DNA of 64,000 nucleotides from Pseudomonadota bacterium (GTDB lineage: Bacteria; Pseudomonadota; Gammaproteobacteria; Burkholderiales; Burkholderiaceae_B): the NCBI GenBank assembly GCA_023427085.1, contig JAEZBO010000241.1, positions 256 to 64,255 of the forward strand, given 5' to 3'. The position numbers and the translations under genes are program-made. Of the stretch, positions 51,065-62,609 are shown one piece after another. Positions within the stretch are counted from its first letter, which is position 1, and every line of letters starts with the position of its first letter. Below the pieces are notes generated by a model. The model had not been told where the DNA came from. It saw nothing but the letters and a program-made list of their open reading frames with translations, and made no database searches.

Positions 51065-52341
51065 CCGTGCTGATATTTGCTGGCGCCCTGCTCGGCTCGA
51101 TGGCGCTGGGCATGCCGATCGCGTTCGCGCTGCTGGTCTCGTCGATGGCGCTGATGCTGCACCTGGACATCTTCGATGCCCAGATCATCGCGCAGAACTT
51201 CATCGCCGGTGCCGACAACTTCCCGCTGCTGGCGATCCCCTTCTTCATGCTGGCCGGCGAGATCATGAACGTCGGCGGGCTGTCGCGCCGCATCGTCGAC
51301 GTGGCGCTGGCCGTGGTCGGCCACGTGCGCGGCGGGCTGGGCTACGTGACCATCGTCGCCGCCTGCATCCTGTCGGCGCTGTCGGGTTCGGCGGTCGCCG
51401 ATGCCGCGGCGCTGTCGGCGCTGCTGGTGCCGATGATGATCAAGGCCGGCCACTCCAAGACCCGCGCCGGCGGGCTGGTGGCCGCGTCCAGCGTGATCGG
51501 GCCGGTGATCCCGCCCAGCATCGGCTTCGTGATCTTCGGCGTGGCCGCCAACGTGTCGATCACCAAGCTGTTCCTGGCCGGCATCATGCCCGGCATCTAC
51601 ATCGGTATCGCGCTGGCCGCGACCTGGTGGATCCTGGTGCGCAAGGAGAATCTGCAGACGCCGCCGCGCAAGAGCTCGCGCGAAATGTGGGGCGCGATCG
51701 CCAACGCCAGCTGGGCGCTGCTGCTGCCGGTGATCATCATCGTCGGCCTGCGCATGGGTGTGTTCACGCCGACCGAGGCCGCCGTGGTGGCCGCGGTCTA
51801 CGCGCTGTTCGTCTCGACCGTGATCTACCGCGAGCTGAAACTCGCGCAGCTGTATGCGGTGTTCATGACCGCCGCGCGCACCACCGCGGTGGTGATGATG
51901 CTGGTGGCCGCGGCCTCGATCGCCGGCTGGCTGATCACCGTCGCCGACCTGCCGGGCGCGATCACCGACATGATGGAGCCGTTCCTCGACAACCAGACGC
52001 TGCTGCTGCTGGCGCTGATGCTGCTGGTGATCCTGGTGGGCACCGCGATGGACATGACGCCGACCATCCTGATCCTGACGCCGGTGCTGATGCCGATCGT
52101 CAAGGCGGCCGGTATCGATCCCGTATACTTCGGCGTGCTGTTCATCATCAACATGTCGATCAGCCTCATCACGCCGCCGGTGGGCACCGTGCTGAGCGTC
52201 GTGGCCGGGGTCACGCGCCAGCCGATGGAGAACGTCATGAAGGGCGTCTGGCCCTTCCTGATCGCCGAGCTGATCGTGCTGTTCCTGCTCGTGTTCTTCC
52301 CGGTGCTGGTGATGGGCCCGGCCCGCTGGTTCAGCGGCTGA
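51061..52341 (+). CDS. dctM: TRAP transporter large permease (DctM)
   Basis: 426 aa from ATG at 51061. Highly hydrophobic, with DctM-typical FFMLAGEIMN and SGSAVADAAA motifs. Confidence 0.9.
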   Translation: MTVLIFAGALLGSMALGMPIAFALLVSSMALMLHLDIFDAQIIAQNFIAGADNFPLLAIPFFMLAGEIMNVGGLSRRIVDVALAVVGHVRGGLGYVTIVAACILSALSGSAVADAAALSALLVPMMIKAGHSKTRAGGLVAASSVIGPVIPPSIGFVIFGVAANVSITKLFLAGIMPGIYIGIALAATWWILVRKENLQTPPRKSSREMWGAIANASWALLLPVIIIVGLRMGVFTPTEAAVVAAVYALFVSTVIYRELKLAQLYAVFMTAARTTAVVMMLVAAASIAGWLITVADLPGAITDMMEPFLDNQTLLLLALMLLVILVGTAMDMTPTILILTPVLMPIVKAAGIDPVYFGVLFIINMSISLITPPVGTVLSVVAGVTRQPMENVMKGVWPFLIAELIVLFLLVFFPVLVMGPARWFSG

Positions 52342-52355
52342 TCCAGGAGACTGCC

Positions 52356-53102
52356 ATGGCCGTGCGCGCCGCCGGATCCACCGCAACACAAGGTTCGGGC
52401 ACGCTCGCCGACCAGGTCACCGCCTCGCTGATCGAGCAGGTGCGCAGCGGCTCGTATCCGGTCAACGCGCGCCTGCCGACCGAACCGCAGCTGGCCGAGC
52501 AGTTCGGCGTCAGCCGCACCGTCATCCGCGAAGCGATCTCGCGCCTGAAGTTCGAAGGCCTGGTCGAATCGCGCCAGGGCAGCGGCACCGTGGTGCTCAG
52601 CCCGCAGGGCTACAACACCTTCCGGATCGATGCGCTGGGCGGCCAGCTCGAGGTGCGCGCGGTACAGGAGGTGCGTTCGGGGCTCGAAAGCGAGATGGCG
52701 GCGCTGGCCGCCAGCCGCCGCAGCGAAGCGCAGAACGACAAGATCCAGCGGGCCTTGCGCCGCATCGACGACGCGGTGGCCGATGGCGGCGACGGTGTCA
52801 TCGAGGACATCGCCTTTCATATCGCCATCGCGCAGGCAGCCAACAATCCGCTGATGACCTCGCTGCTCGAGTTCATCGGCCGGGCGCTGCAAGAGGCCAT
52901 CCAGGTGACCCGCGCCAACGAGGCGCGGCGCCAGGATTTCTTCCGGCAGGTCGAGATCGAGCACGCCGCCATCGCCGCCGCGATCGACCGGCGCGACGCG
53001 CCGGCCGCGCGCGAGGCGGCGCTGCATCACATGCGTGCGTCGATCGAGCGCATCACCATCGCCGAAGCCGACGCGGCCAGCCTGGCCGCGGCGTCGGACT
53101 GA
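52356..53102 (+). CDS. GntR/FadR-family transcriptional regulator
   Basis: ATG at 52356. HTH LPTEPQLAEQFGVSRTVIREAISRLKFEGLVESRQGSGTVV plus an FCD domain. Confidence 0.9.
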   Translation: MAVRAAGSTATQGSGTLADQVTASLIEQVRSGSYPVNARLPTEPQLAEQFGVSRTVIREAISRLKFEGLVESRQGSGTVVLSPQGYNTFRIDALGGQLEVRAVQEVRSGLESEMAALAASRRSEAQNDKIQRALRRIDDAVADGGDGVIEDIAFHIAIAQAANNPLMTSLLEFIGRALQEAIQVTRANEARRQDFFRQVEIEHAAIAAAIDRRDAPAAREAALHHMRASIERITIAEADAASLAAASD

Positions 53103-53127
53103 GCGGACCACGGCTGCCGCCGTCGAT

Positions 53128-53146
53128 GGGCCGCGGGACGCGGCCC
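53128..53146. terminator. GC hairpin GGGCCGCG-gga-CGCGGCCC between convergent genes
   Basis: Read directly. No U-tract. Confidence 0.3.
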
Positions 53147-53154
53147 GCCTGCGA

Positions 53155-54279
<1,125 letters not shown>

Positions 54280-54285
54280 TCAAGC

Positions 54286-54422
54286 ATACTATAGGGGAGT
54301 ATTGTACGGCATACTAGGGTCCAGTATCCAGCGCCTGCCGTCCGCCAGGCCGCGACGGCGCGCCACGACAGCGTACCGTGCCATGTTAAAGGCAGCGGGA
54401 TTGATATACTGGCTCCCAGTAT
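54286..54422. promoter_or_regulatory. Three ATACT-N7-AGTAT boxes (54286-54302, 54311-54327, 54406-54422), candidate FrmR/RcnR-type operators
   Basis: ATACTATAGGGGAGTAT, ATACTAGGGTCCAGTAT, ATACTGGCTCCCAGTAT. G/C-tract spacers flanked by TACT/AGTA, as described for RcnR/FrmR-class repressors. Located between divergent frmA and frmR. Confidence 0.55.
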
Positions 54423-54442
54423 CCACCCTCGAGCCGGCCGCC

Positions 54443-54730
54443 ATGCCCCATTCCGCAGAAGACAAAAAACGCGCCGTGACCCGCCTGCGCCGCATCCGCG
54501 GCCAGGCCGAGGCGCTCGAGCGCGCGGTCGAGGACGGCGTCGACTGCAAGGCGCTGCTGCAACAGATCGCCGCCTTGCGCGGCGCCGCCAACGGCCTAAT
54601 GGCCGAAGTGCTGCACAGCCATCTGCAGGAGCTGTTCGGCTCGGCGCGTCCCGCTGCCCAGCCCGCAGGCGCCGATGCCGACGCCGAGATCGATACCTTG
54701 ATGAAGACGCTGCGCACCTACCTGACTTGA
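54443..54730 (+). CDS. frmR: FrmR/RcnR (CsoR-family) formaldehyde/metal-responsive repressor
   Basis: 95 aa from ATG at 54443. [50 protein letters not shown] is the canonical DUF156 helix pattern with the sensory Cys. Confidence 0.85.
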   Translation: MPHSAEDKKRAVTRLRRIRGQAEALERAVEDGVDCKALLQQIAALRGAANGLMAEVLHSHLQELFGSARPAAQPAGADADAEIDTLMKTLRTYLT

Positions 54731-54835
54731 CCTGACCTGAGCGCCGAAGCCGGGTAAGATGGCGGCCGCGGGCCGCATCGCTGCCCGCCCTTCGAGGACG
54801 GCCCAGAAGGTTGTGCGCACCGGGGACGGCCCCGC

Positions 54836-56152
54836 ATGATCTGGATGGATGCGATGGCTCCCCGTTCCCTGCCCTCCTCGACCCCCCCTGGCCCGCAAGC
54901 GGGCAACACCACTTCCGTCATTCCCTGGCCGACCTGGCTGCGGCTGGCCTGGGCCTGGCTGGCCGTCGCCGCCTTCGGCCTGTGGGGCCACGCGTGGCTG
55001 GCCGCGCCGCTGGCGCCGACCACCGCGATCGTGTGTTTCGCGGTGCTGTTCGTGACCATCGTGGCGGCCTCGTTCGGCGTCGTCAAAGAGGCCGATCTGC
55101 TCGCCCATCGGCTCGGCGAGCCGTACGGCACGCTGATCCTGACGCTGTCGATCGTGCTGATCGAGGTGATCCTGATCGCCTCGGTGCTGCTGGGCCCCGG
55201 CGAGTTTCCGACCATCGGCCGCGACTCGATCTTCGCGGTCATGATGATCATCGTCAACCTGGTGATGGGCCTGTGCCTGGTCGTCGGCGGCCTTCGCCAC
55301 GGTGAACAGGAATACAACGCCCAGGGCACCAGCGCCTATCTGTCGATGATCATGTTGCTGACCGCGCTGGCGCTGGTGCTGCCCAACCAGCTGAGCGGCG
55401 CGGGCCAGTTCAGCGGCACGCAGAGCTGGGCCATCGCCGGCGTGACGGCGCTGCTGTACGCGGTGTTTCTGGCTTTGCAGATGGGCAGCCAGCGGCGCCT
55501 GTTCATCCAGCCCGCGCCAGGCTCGATGTGGGTGCCGGCGCGGCCCGGCGGCGTGGTAGGCGCTGCCGTCGCTGCCCCGGCGGCGCCTGCTGCCTCGGTT
55601 GCGCCGGTCGCTCAAGCTGCGCCGGTTGGTCATGCCGCGCCGGTTGCCCCAGTCACCTCGGTTGCTCCCCTTGCCGCGGTTGCCCCGGCCGCCAGCCGCG
55701 CCGGCCTCTGGCTCAGCACGATCCTGCTGCTGGCGATGATCGTGCCGATCGTGCTGCTGGCCCACCACCTGGCCATCGTCATCGACTATGGCGTGATGAC
55801 CGCGGGCGCGCCGGTCGCGCTCAGCGGGCTGCTGATCGCCATCATCGTCTTCACGCCCGAATCCATCACGGCGGTCAAGGCCGCCCGCAACGACGAAATG
55901 CAGCGCGCGATCAACCTGTGCCTGGGCGCCTTCGTGTCGACGGTCGGCCTGACGGTGCCCGCCGTACTGATCATCGGCCAGGTCACCGGCAAGACCGTGA
56001 CGATGGGCATTTCGGGGCTGGAGACCGTGCTGCTGGTCGCCACCGTGCTCCTGTCGCTGTTGTCGTTCAAGGGGCAGCGCACCTCGGTGCTGCAGGGTTA
56101 CATGCATCTGGTGCTGTTCCTGGTGTATGGCTTCCTGCTGTTCAGCCACTGA
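54836..56152 (+). CDS. chaA: Ca2+/H+ antiporter (CaCA/ChaA family) with an Ala/Pro/Val-rich central insert
   Basis: 438 aa. Alpha-repeat motifs (GEPYGTLILTLSIVLIEV... and TPESITAVKAARNDEMQRAINL) in two hydrophobic halves. Confidence 0.75.
   Translation: MIWMDAMAPRSLPSSTPPGPQAGNTTSVIPWPTWLRLAWAWLAVAAFGLWGHAWLAAPLAPTTAIVCFAVLFVTIVAASFGVVKEADLLAHRLGEPYGTLILTLSIVLIEVILIASVLLGPGEFPTIGRDSIFAVMMIIVNLVMGLCLVVGGLRHGEQEYNAQGTSAYLSMIMLLTALALVLPNQLSGAGQFSGTQSWAIAGVTALLYAVFLALQMGSQRRLFIQPAPGSMWVPARPGGVVGAAVAAPAAPAASVAPVAQAAPVGHAAPVAPVTSVAPLAAVAPAASRAGLWLSTILLLAMIVPIVLLAHHLAIVIDYGVMTAGAPVALSGLLIAIIVFTPESITAVKAARNDEMQRAINLCLGAFVSTVGLTVPAVLIIGQVTGKTVTMGISGLETVLLVATVLLSLLSFKGQRTSVLQGYMHLVLFLVYGFLLFSH
55598..55687 (+). 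repeat. Five in-frame 18-bp tandem units inside chaA (VAPVAQ/AAPVGH/AAPVAP/VTSVAP/LAAVAP)
   Basis: Units read directly at 55598, 55616, 55634, 55652 and 55670. In frame with the chaA start (offset 762 nt). Confidence 0.7.
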
Positions 56153-56416
56153 AGCGATTGCCGCCGCCGTAACGGTTTCCGGCAACGCAGCAATGTCCGT
56201 CGACACGGCGGCTTCCGTTACTGAAGAACGATCCTTGCCAGCCAGCCGCGACCGGTAAGTTTTACCGGTCGTCGGTCGGCTTTACCGGCTCACGCCCTCC
56301 ATGCTGGCCGGATGCCCGCCCCTCACCGGGCGTGGGACAGAGTTTGCCGAATATCGGCACGGTTCTTGCATGATCTTTCGGTAGCGCGGGCGCCCCGCCC
56401 GCCACGGGAGCAGCGC

Positions 56417-57958
56417 ATGGCAGGCAGAATCTTGATCGTCGCGGCGGAAGCCTATCCGCTGGCCAAGACCGGCGGGCTGGCCGATGCGATCAGCGGGCTA
56501 TATCACGCGCTGGCACAGGCCGGGCAAGAGCTGCGGCTGCTGATGCCGGCCTACCCGGGCGTGCTGTCGCAGGTCCGGCCCATGGCGCAATGGCAGATGG
56601 GCGGCCTGCCGGGCGGGCCGGCGCGGCTGATCGATGCCCATTGCAAACGGACCGGCATGGGCTGCCTGTTGCTGGACAACCCTGAACTGTTCGACCGGAC
56701 CGGCCTGTATGTCGACGACGAAGGCGAACCCTACCCCGACAATGCCCAGCGCTTTGCCGCGCTGGCGCACGCGGCGGCCGCGGTGGCACAAGGCCTGTCA
56801 GGGCTGGAGCGGCCCGACGTGGTCCATGCGCATGACTGGCATGCCGCCCTGGTGCCGCTGCTGGTCAAGGTGGCCACCGGCGGACGCGTCAAGACGGTGT
56901 TGACCATCCATAACCTGGCCTTCCAGGGCGTCTTCGACGTCGCCCAGCTCAACAGCCTGCAACTGCCCGCCCATGCCTACCAGGCACGTGGCCTGGTCGC
57001 GCAGGACCGCATCAACTTCATGCTGGCCGGCATCACCCATGCGGACAGGGTCACCACGGTCAGCGAGCAGTATGCGCGTGAGATCCTGACGCCCGAACGC
57101 GGCTGCGGATTGCACGAAGCCTTGCAGGCACGCGGCGATGCATTCGGCGCGATCGCCAACGGTATCGACACCTCCATCTGGTCGCCGATGAAGGACACGC
57201 ACCTGGGCCGCCACGGCTTCAACGCCGAGCACATGGTCAACAAGGCGCACTGGAAGATGCGCTTGCAGAAGGATCACGGCCTGCCGGTCGACCCCGATGC
57301 ACTGCTGGTGACGTCATGCTGCCGGCTGACCGGCCAGAAGATGGTCGACCTGACCATCGCCGGGCTGCCGGCCGCGCTGCAAGACCACCCGACCTTGCAG
57401 TTCGTCGCGCTGGGCCGTGGCGAGCGACGCTACGAACGGGCGCTGCTGGCGCTGGCTGCCGCGCATCCGCGCCGCGTCGCGGTACAGATCGGCTATGACG
57501 AAGCCTCGGCGCATCGCCTGCTGGCTGGCGCCGATGTGTTGTGGCATCCCAGCCGCTTCGAGCCCTACGGCCTGAGCCCGCGTTACGCGATGCGTTATGG
57601 CACGCTGCCGGTCGCCACGGCGGTCGGCGGGCTAGTCGATGCCATCGAGGACCCGGGCCTGCTGGCGCGCGGCCAGGCCACCCAGCGCGCCAACGGTCTG
57701 CTGTTCGACGCATCGGCCCCCGAGGCGATGAGCGCCGCACTCGGCCGGGCACTGCGTCTCTACGAAGATACGCAGACCTGGGACACGATGCGGCGCAATG
57801 CGATGGCGCAGGACCACAGCTGGACGGGAGCGGTCGAGGCTTATCTGCAGTTATTCGCGGCGCTGTGCGGCCGCGTCTATCAGCGTCATCCAAACACCGC
57901 GCTGGCGCCCGGCCGGCCCCCGGCCAGAGAGCCGGCCTTGCAGGCCGCGGTGCTGTGA
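56417..57958 (+). CDS. glgA: Glycogen (starch) synthase
   Basis: ATG at 56417. ILIVAAEAYPLAKTGGLADA N-terminus (KTGGL motif) and GT5/GT1 C-terminal pattern (PSRFEPYGLS). Confidence 0.85.
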   Translation: MAGRILIVAAEAYPLAKTGGLADAISGLYHALAQAGQELRLLMPAYPGVLSQVRPMAQWQMGGLPGGPARLIDAHCKRTGMGCLLLDNPELFDRTGLYVDDEGEPYPDNAQRFAALAHAAAAVAQGLSGLERPDVVHAHDWHAALVPLLVKVATGGRVKTVLTIHNLAFQGVFDVAQLNSLQLPAHAYQARGLVAQDRINFMLAGITHADRVTTVSEQYAREILTPERGCGLHEALQARGDAFGAIANGIDTSIWSPMKDTHLGRHGFNAEHMVNKAHWKMRLQKDHGLPVDPDALLVTSCCRLTGQKMVDLTIAGLPAALQDHPTLQFVALGRGERRYERALLALAAAHPRRVAVQIGYDEASAHRLLAGADVLWHPSRFEPYGLSPRYAMRYGTLPVATAVGGLVDAIEDPGLLARGQATQRANGLLFDASAPEAMSAALGRALRLYEDTQTWDTMRRNAMAQDHSWTGAVEAYLQLFAALCGRVYQRHPNTALAPGRPPAREPALQAAVL

Positions 57959-57993
57959 CGATGATGCAGCATGGCGGTGCCAAGGCACCGGGA

Positions 57994-59028
<1,035 letters not shown>

Positions 59029-59381
59029 TTTGAACAACCTTTGCTTACATTCAGCGCTTGCAGGTCGGCCGTCGGCTGCTTGACGGCTTTCCCAGAGAAT
59101 TCAAGCCACTATGCACGATGACCGGGCGGTCACTGATACTTCCGGACATTGATTTCCCTTTATTGCATTTGTTCGTAATTGCCGGAATTTAAAGAACTGT
59201 CAAGGCGCCGACATGGGTCCGCCGCGCGCAGACCGGCCGCCTGACGGCAGAACGCCGACCAGGCCGGCGCGTCACTAGTCACTAGTCAGCGCAAAACTGT
59301 CGGTACACGCAGTAACCGCCAATGCTGGCATGGTGTCCACAGGCCGCATCCTGCGGTCGTCGTACAGACAGGAGACGCGTC

Positions 59382-60359
59382 ATGACCGATCACCCCAGCA
59401 AGGACCAGACCGCCGAGCGCCAGCAGCGCCTGCAACGGCAGCAGGACCAGCGCGACCAGCAGTCGTCGTCGAAACCGGCCGATGGCCCCGCGCAGTCCGG
59501 CAGCCGCAAACATCCCGAGCCACCGCTGCCCAAGCAGAAACAGGCCAAGCCCGGCAGCGAGCGCGACCTGGATCCGGCGCCGCAATACCAGGCGCCGGAC
59601 TATCGGGGCAGCGGCAAGCTCGACGGCAAGGTCGCGCTGATCACCGGCGCCGACTCGGGCATCGGCCGTGCCGTCGCGGTGCTGTATGCGCGCGAAGGCG
59701 CCGACGTGGCGATCCTGTACCTGAACGAGCACGAGGACGCCAAACAGACCCTGGCGGCCGTCGAGGCCGAGGGCCGGCGCGGGCTGTTGATCGCCGGCGA
59801 CGTGCGCGATTCGGCCTTTTGCCGTGACAGCGTGCAACGCTGCCAGCGCGAGCTGGGCGGCGTCGACATCCTGGTCAACAACGCGGCCTTCCAGGAACAC
59901 GCCGAGTCGCTGACCGATCTGTCGGACGAACGGCTGGACGAAACCCTGCGCACCAACATCTACGGCTACTTCTACATGGCCCGCGCGGCGCTCGAGGTGA
60001 TGCCGGACGACGGCTGCATCGTCAACAGCGGCTCGGTGACCGGCCTGCGCGGCAGCGGCCAGCTGCTGGATTATTCGGCCACCAAGGGCGCCATCCACGC
60101 ATTCACCCGCTCGCTGGCCGCCAACCTGGCCGGCCGCGGCATCCGCGTCAACGCGGTGGCGCCGGGCCCGGTGTGGACGCCGCTCAATCCGGCCGACCGG
60201 CCCGCCGAGCAGATCCCCGAGTTCGGCAAGAAGACCGACCTCGGCCGTCCGGCCCAGCCCGAGGAGATCGCACCGGCGTATGTGTTCCTGGCGGCGCCTT
60301 GCTGCAGCAGCTACATCACCGGCATCGTGCTGCCGATCACCGGCAGCGCCGGCGACTGA
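59382..60359 (+). CDS. SDR-family oxidoreductase with a long disordered N-terminus (YhxC/YghA general-stress type)
   Basis: ATG at 59382. About 75 Gln/Pro/Lys-rich residues, then ALITGADSGIGRA, NNAA, and YSATKGA motifs. Confidence 0.8.
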   Translation: MTDHPSKDQTAERQQRLQRQQDQRDQQSSSKPADGPAQSGSRKHPEPPLPKQKQAKPGSERDLDPAPQYQAPDYRGSGKLDGKVALITGADSGIGRAVAVLYAREGADVAILYLNEHEDAKQTLAAVEAEGRRGLLIAGDVRDSAFCRDSVQRCQRELGGVDILVNNAAFQEHAESLTDLSDERLDETLRTNIYGYFYMARAALEVMPDDGCIVNSGSVTGLRGSGQLLDYSATKGAIHAFTRSLAANLAGRGIRVNAVAPGPVWTPLNPADRPAEQIPEFGKKTDLGRPAQPEEIAPAYVFLAAPCCSSYITGIVLPITGSAGD

Positions 60360-60452
60360 CGCGCCAACCTTTCGATACCCACTGACAAGCGCCGTTTACG
60401 CGGCTTCAGGCAAGGTGGGAACTTGTTATTGCGTGGACCCAGGAGGCCCGAC

Positions 60453-60773
60453 ATGTTCAATCTACTCAGCCAGCACCACATCCTTCGCGCGCCTATCCAT
60501 GAAGGCCGGGCCGGCCCCGGCGTGGGTCCGAGCGATTCGACCGACTCGGCCAGCGACCTGCCGGCGGGGCAAGCGGATACCGATAGCGACGCCTCGGGCA
60601 CCGGCGAACGGGAATCGGTCGATCCCTTCGACCATATCGCCGAGGACGCCGAGCTGGGTCCCGATGCGATCGTCGACGAGGAGCAGGCCGGCATCTCGCA
60701 TGACCGGCCGAACCCCGAACGCAACGGCGCGGTCGACCCGCGCGACGGCGGCGACCAGCCTGACAAGGCCTGA
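60453..60773 (+). CDS. Acidic, low-complexity hypothetical protein (106 aa)
   Basis: AGGAGG 7 nt upstream of the ATG. GPSDSTDSASDL and SGTGERESVDP motifs. Predicted disordered. No domain recognised. Confidence 0.5.
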   Translation: MFNLLSQHHILRAPIHEGRAGPGVGPSDSTDSASDLPAGQADTDSDASGTGERESVDPFDHIAEDAELGPDAIVDEEQAGISHDRPNPERNGAVDPRDGGDQPDKA

Positions 60774-60845
60774 CAAGGCTGCAACCCCGCGCGGTATCTG
60801 GGCAGGCCGCGCGGGGGACACCGCAGTCACGGCACGCGCGGGGCC

Positions 60846-61787
60846 TCAGCCGCCGCGCGGGTGATGCTGCGCATGCAGCGTCTTGAGCCGTTCGCGCGCC
60901 ACGTGGGTATAGATCTGCGTGGTCGAGATGTCGGCATGGCCCAGCAGCAACTGCACCACGCGCAGGTCGGCACCGTGATTGACCAGATGGGTGGCGAAGG
61001 CATGCCGCAGCACGTGCGGCGAGATCGGCGCCTGGATCTGCGCCAGCTTCGCGTATTTTTCGACGATCAGCCAGAAATTGCGACGATGCATGCCCTCGCC
61101 GCGCACCGTCACGAAGAGTGCATCGCTGACCTTGCCGGCCAGCAGCAGCGGCCGCGACTCTTTCAGGTAGCGGTCGATCCAGTGCGCCGCTTCGGCACCC
61201 AGCGGCACCAGCCTGTCCTTGCCGCCCTTGCCGGCCACCACCCGCAGCACCCCTTCGTTCAGGCTGACGTGCAATAAGCCCAGGCCGACCAGTTCGGACA
61301 CCCGCAGGCCGGTCGCGTACAGCGTCTCGAGCATGGCGCGGTCGCGCAGCCCCAGTTCGGTCAGCACCTGCGGCGCGGCCAGCAAGGCGTCGACCTGCGC
61401 CTCGGACAAGGTGTGCGGCAGGCGGCGCGGCTGCTTGGCCGCGCGCACCGTCAGGCAGGGGTCGTGCTCGACCCGATGGCCGCGCAAGGCCCACTGGAAA
61501 TAGCGGCGCAGCGCCGACAGGCGCCGATTGGCGGTGGCCGGGCGGGTCTGCGCGTGCATGGCAGCGAACCAGCGCGAGATGTCGGCCGCGTCGGCCTGCG
61601 GCAGGCAACGGCCGCCGGCCTGCTGGCGCAGCCAGACGTCGAAGCCGGCCAGGTCGTTGCGGTAGGAGTCGAGCGTGTTGCGCGACAGGCCGTCCTCGAG
61701 CCACAGCGCGTCGAGAAACTCGGCGATGGAAGGGTCGACGTCGTTACGGCTGTTCAGCGACGGCGCGCGGTGAGAAGTATCGGGCAC
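60846..61787 (-). CDS. xerD: Site-specific tyrosine recombinase XerD
   Basis: 313 aa, colinear with E. coli XerD as I recall it: FLDALWLE, LYATGLRVSELVGL, HVLRHAFATHLVNHGADLRVVQLLLGHADISTTQIYTHV. Confidence 0.9.
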   Translation of the reverse strand: MPDTSHRAPSLNSRNDVDPSIAEFLDALWLEDGLSRNTLDSYRNDLAGFDVWLRQQAGGRCLPQADAADISRWFAAMHAQTRPATANRRLSALRRYFQWALRGHRVEHDPCLTVRAAKQPRRLPHTLSEAQVDALLAAPQVLTELGLRDRAMLETLYATGLRVSELVGLGLLHVSLNEGVLRVVAGKGGKDRLVPLGAEAAHWIDRYLKESRPLLLAGKVSDALFVTVRGEGMHRRNFWLIVEKYAKLAQIQAPISPHVLRHAFATHLVNHGADLRVVQLLLGHADISTTQIYTHVARERLKTLHAQHHPRGG

Positions 61788-61860
61788 GGGTCCGGCGGGT
61801 GGTCAGCGTTGCGGCCAGTTTACCCAGCCCGGTCCGGATCCGGCACCGGCGGGACGGCAA

Positions 61861-61899
61861 TCGGCCCGTCGGCGCATGCATGGCGCGCCGACGGGCCGA
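61861..61899. terminator. 15-bp perfect-stem hairpin downstream of the DJ-1/PfpI gene
   Basis: TCGGCCCGTCGGCGC-atgcatggc-GCGCCGACGGGCCGA. No U-tract, so it could also be a protein-binding palindrome. Confidence 0.4.
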
Positions 61900-61930
61900 C
61901 TTGCCGGAGCGCCTTGGCGCCGCCGCCGGC

Positions 61931-62485
61931 TTACTGGGCGTCTGGCGTGGCGCCCAGCAGTTCGATGAAGGCCTTGTTGAAGGCCGGCAGGTCGTCGGGC
62001 TTGCGGCTGCTGATCCAGTTGCCGTCGCGCGCGACTTCCTGATCCACCCAGTTGGCGCCGGCGTTGCGCAGATCGTCCTTGAGCGAGGGCCAGCTGGTCA
62101 GCGTGCGGCCATTGACCAATTCGGCCGACACCAGCAGCCAGGCACCGTGGCAGATCACCGCCAGCGGCTTGCCGCTTTTTTCGATGCTGCGCACGAAGGC
62201 CTGGGCCCGCGTGTCCATGCGCAGTTCGTCCGAATTGACCACGCCGCCGGGCAGCAGCACGGCCGTGAAGTCGGCCGGGTCGGCCTGCGCCCAGGTCAGG
62301 TCCACGTCGAAGGTATCGCCCTTCTTGTCATGATTCATGCCCTGGATGGGCTTTTTCTCCGCTGACACGATGGCGGTGCGCGCGCCGGCCTTGTGCAGCG
62401 CGTCGCGAGGCGACTCCAGCTCGGCCTGCTCGAAGCCATCGAGCGCCAGAATGGCGATGTGGTGATCCTTCAGGGAAAGTGCCAT
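61931..62485 (-). CDS. DJ-1/PfpI-family protein (type 1 glutamine amidotransferase-like)
   Basis: ATG at 62485. HIAILALDGFEQAEL and the nucleophile-elbow AVICHGAWLL. Confidence 0.85.
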   Translation of the reverse strand: MALSLKDHHIAILALDGFEQAELESPRDALHKAGARTAIVSAEKKPIQGMNHDKKGDTFDVDLTWAQADPADFTAVLLPGGVVNSDELRMDTRAQAFVRSIEKSGKPLAVICHGAWLLVSAELVNGRTLTSWPSLKDDLRNAGANWVDQEVARDGNWISSRKPDDLPAFNKAFIELLGATPDAQ

Positions 62486-62609
62486 GGTGAAAAGACTCCT
62501 GGTGATGTAGGACAGCCCGATCCGACCGGCTGTCTGCACCACGAAGTTTGTCCGCCCACCCTGCCCCATGCCTTCAGCATCGGCAAGCAAGCGTAAAGCG
62601 ATATTTCGC

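Noticed and set aside
54383-54390. ATGTTAAA, matching 8 of 11 bases of the canonical XerD arm, as a second dif-like site that could bracket an integrated element.
   Set aside because: The adjoining sequence has no TGTATA core or XerC-arm similarity. An isolated 8-mer in an AT-rich promoter region is most likely chance.
56417-57958. Orphan glgA without glgB/glgC/glgP neighbours as an anomaly.
   Set aside because: Dispersed glycogen genes occur in many proteobacteria. The protein looks intact and ordinary, and without the rest of the genome this is not informative.
59271-59290. GTCACTAGTCACTAGTCAGC (tandem ACTAGTC units) as a matS-like or activator-binding site.
   Set aside because: It does not fit the matS consensus GTGACRNYGTCAC, and matS/MatP is not established outside enterobacteria and relatives. 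It is only about 36 nt from the doubtful -24 element, an unusual distance for an enhancer site. Left as an unexplained short direct repeat.
59326-59340. TGGCATGGTGTCCAC as a sigma-54 (-24/-12) promoter about 55 nt upstream of the SDR gene.
   Set aside because: The -24 TGGCA is fine, but the -12 element reads CCAC instead of TTGC (GC replaced by AC at the critical dinucleotide). I found no clear activator-binding palindromes at the usual distance. Too weak to call.
60846-61787. Tyrosine recombinase as an integrase marking a mobile element.
   Set aside because: It is colinear with housekeeping XerD over its whole length. It is flanked by ordinary chromosomal genes, with no att-like repeats, tRNA, or phage or transposon genes.
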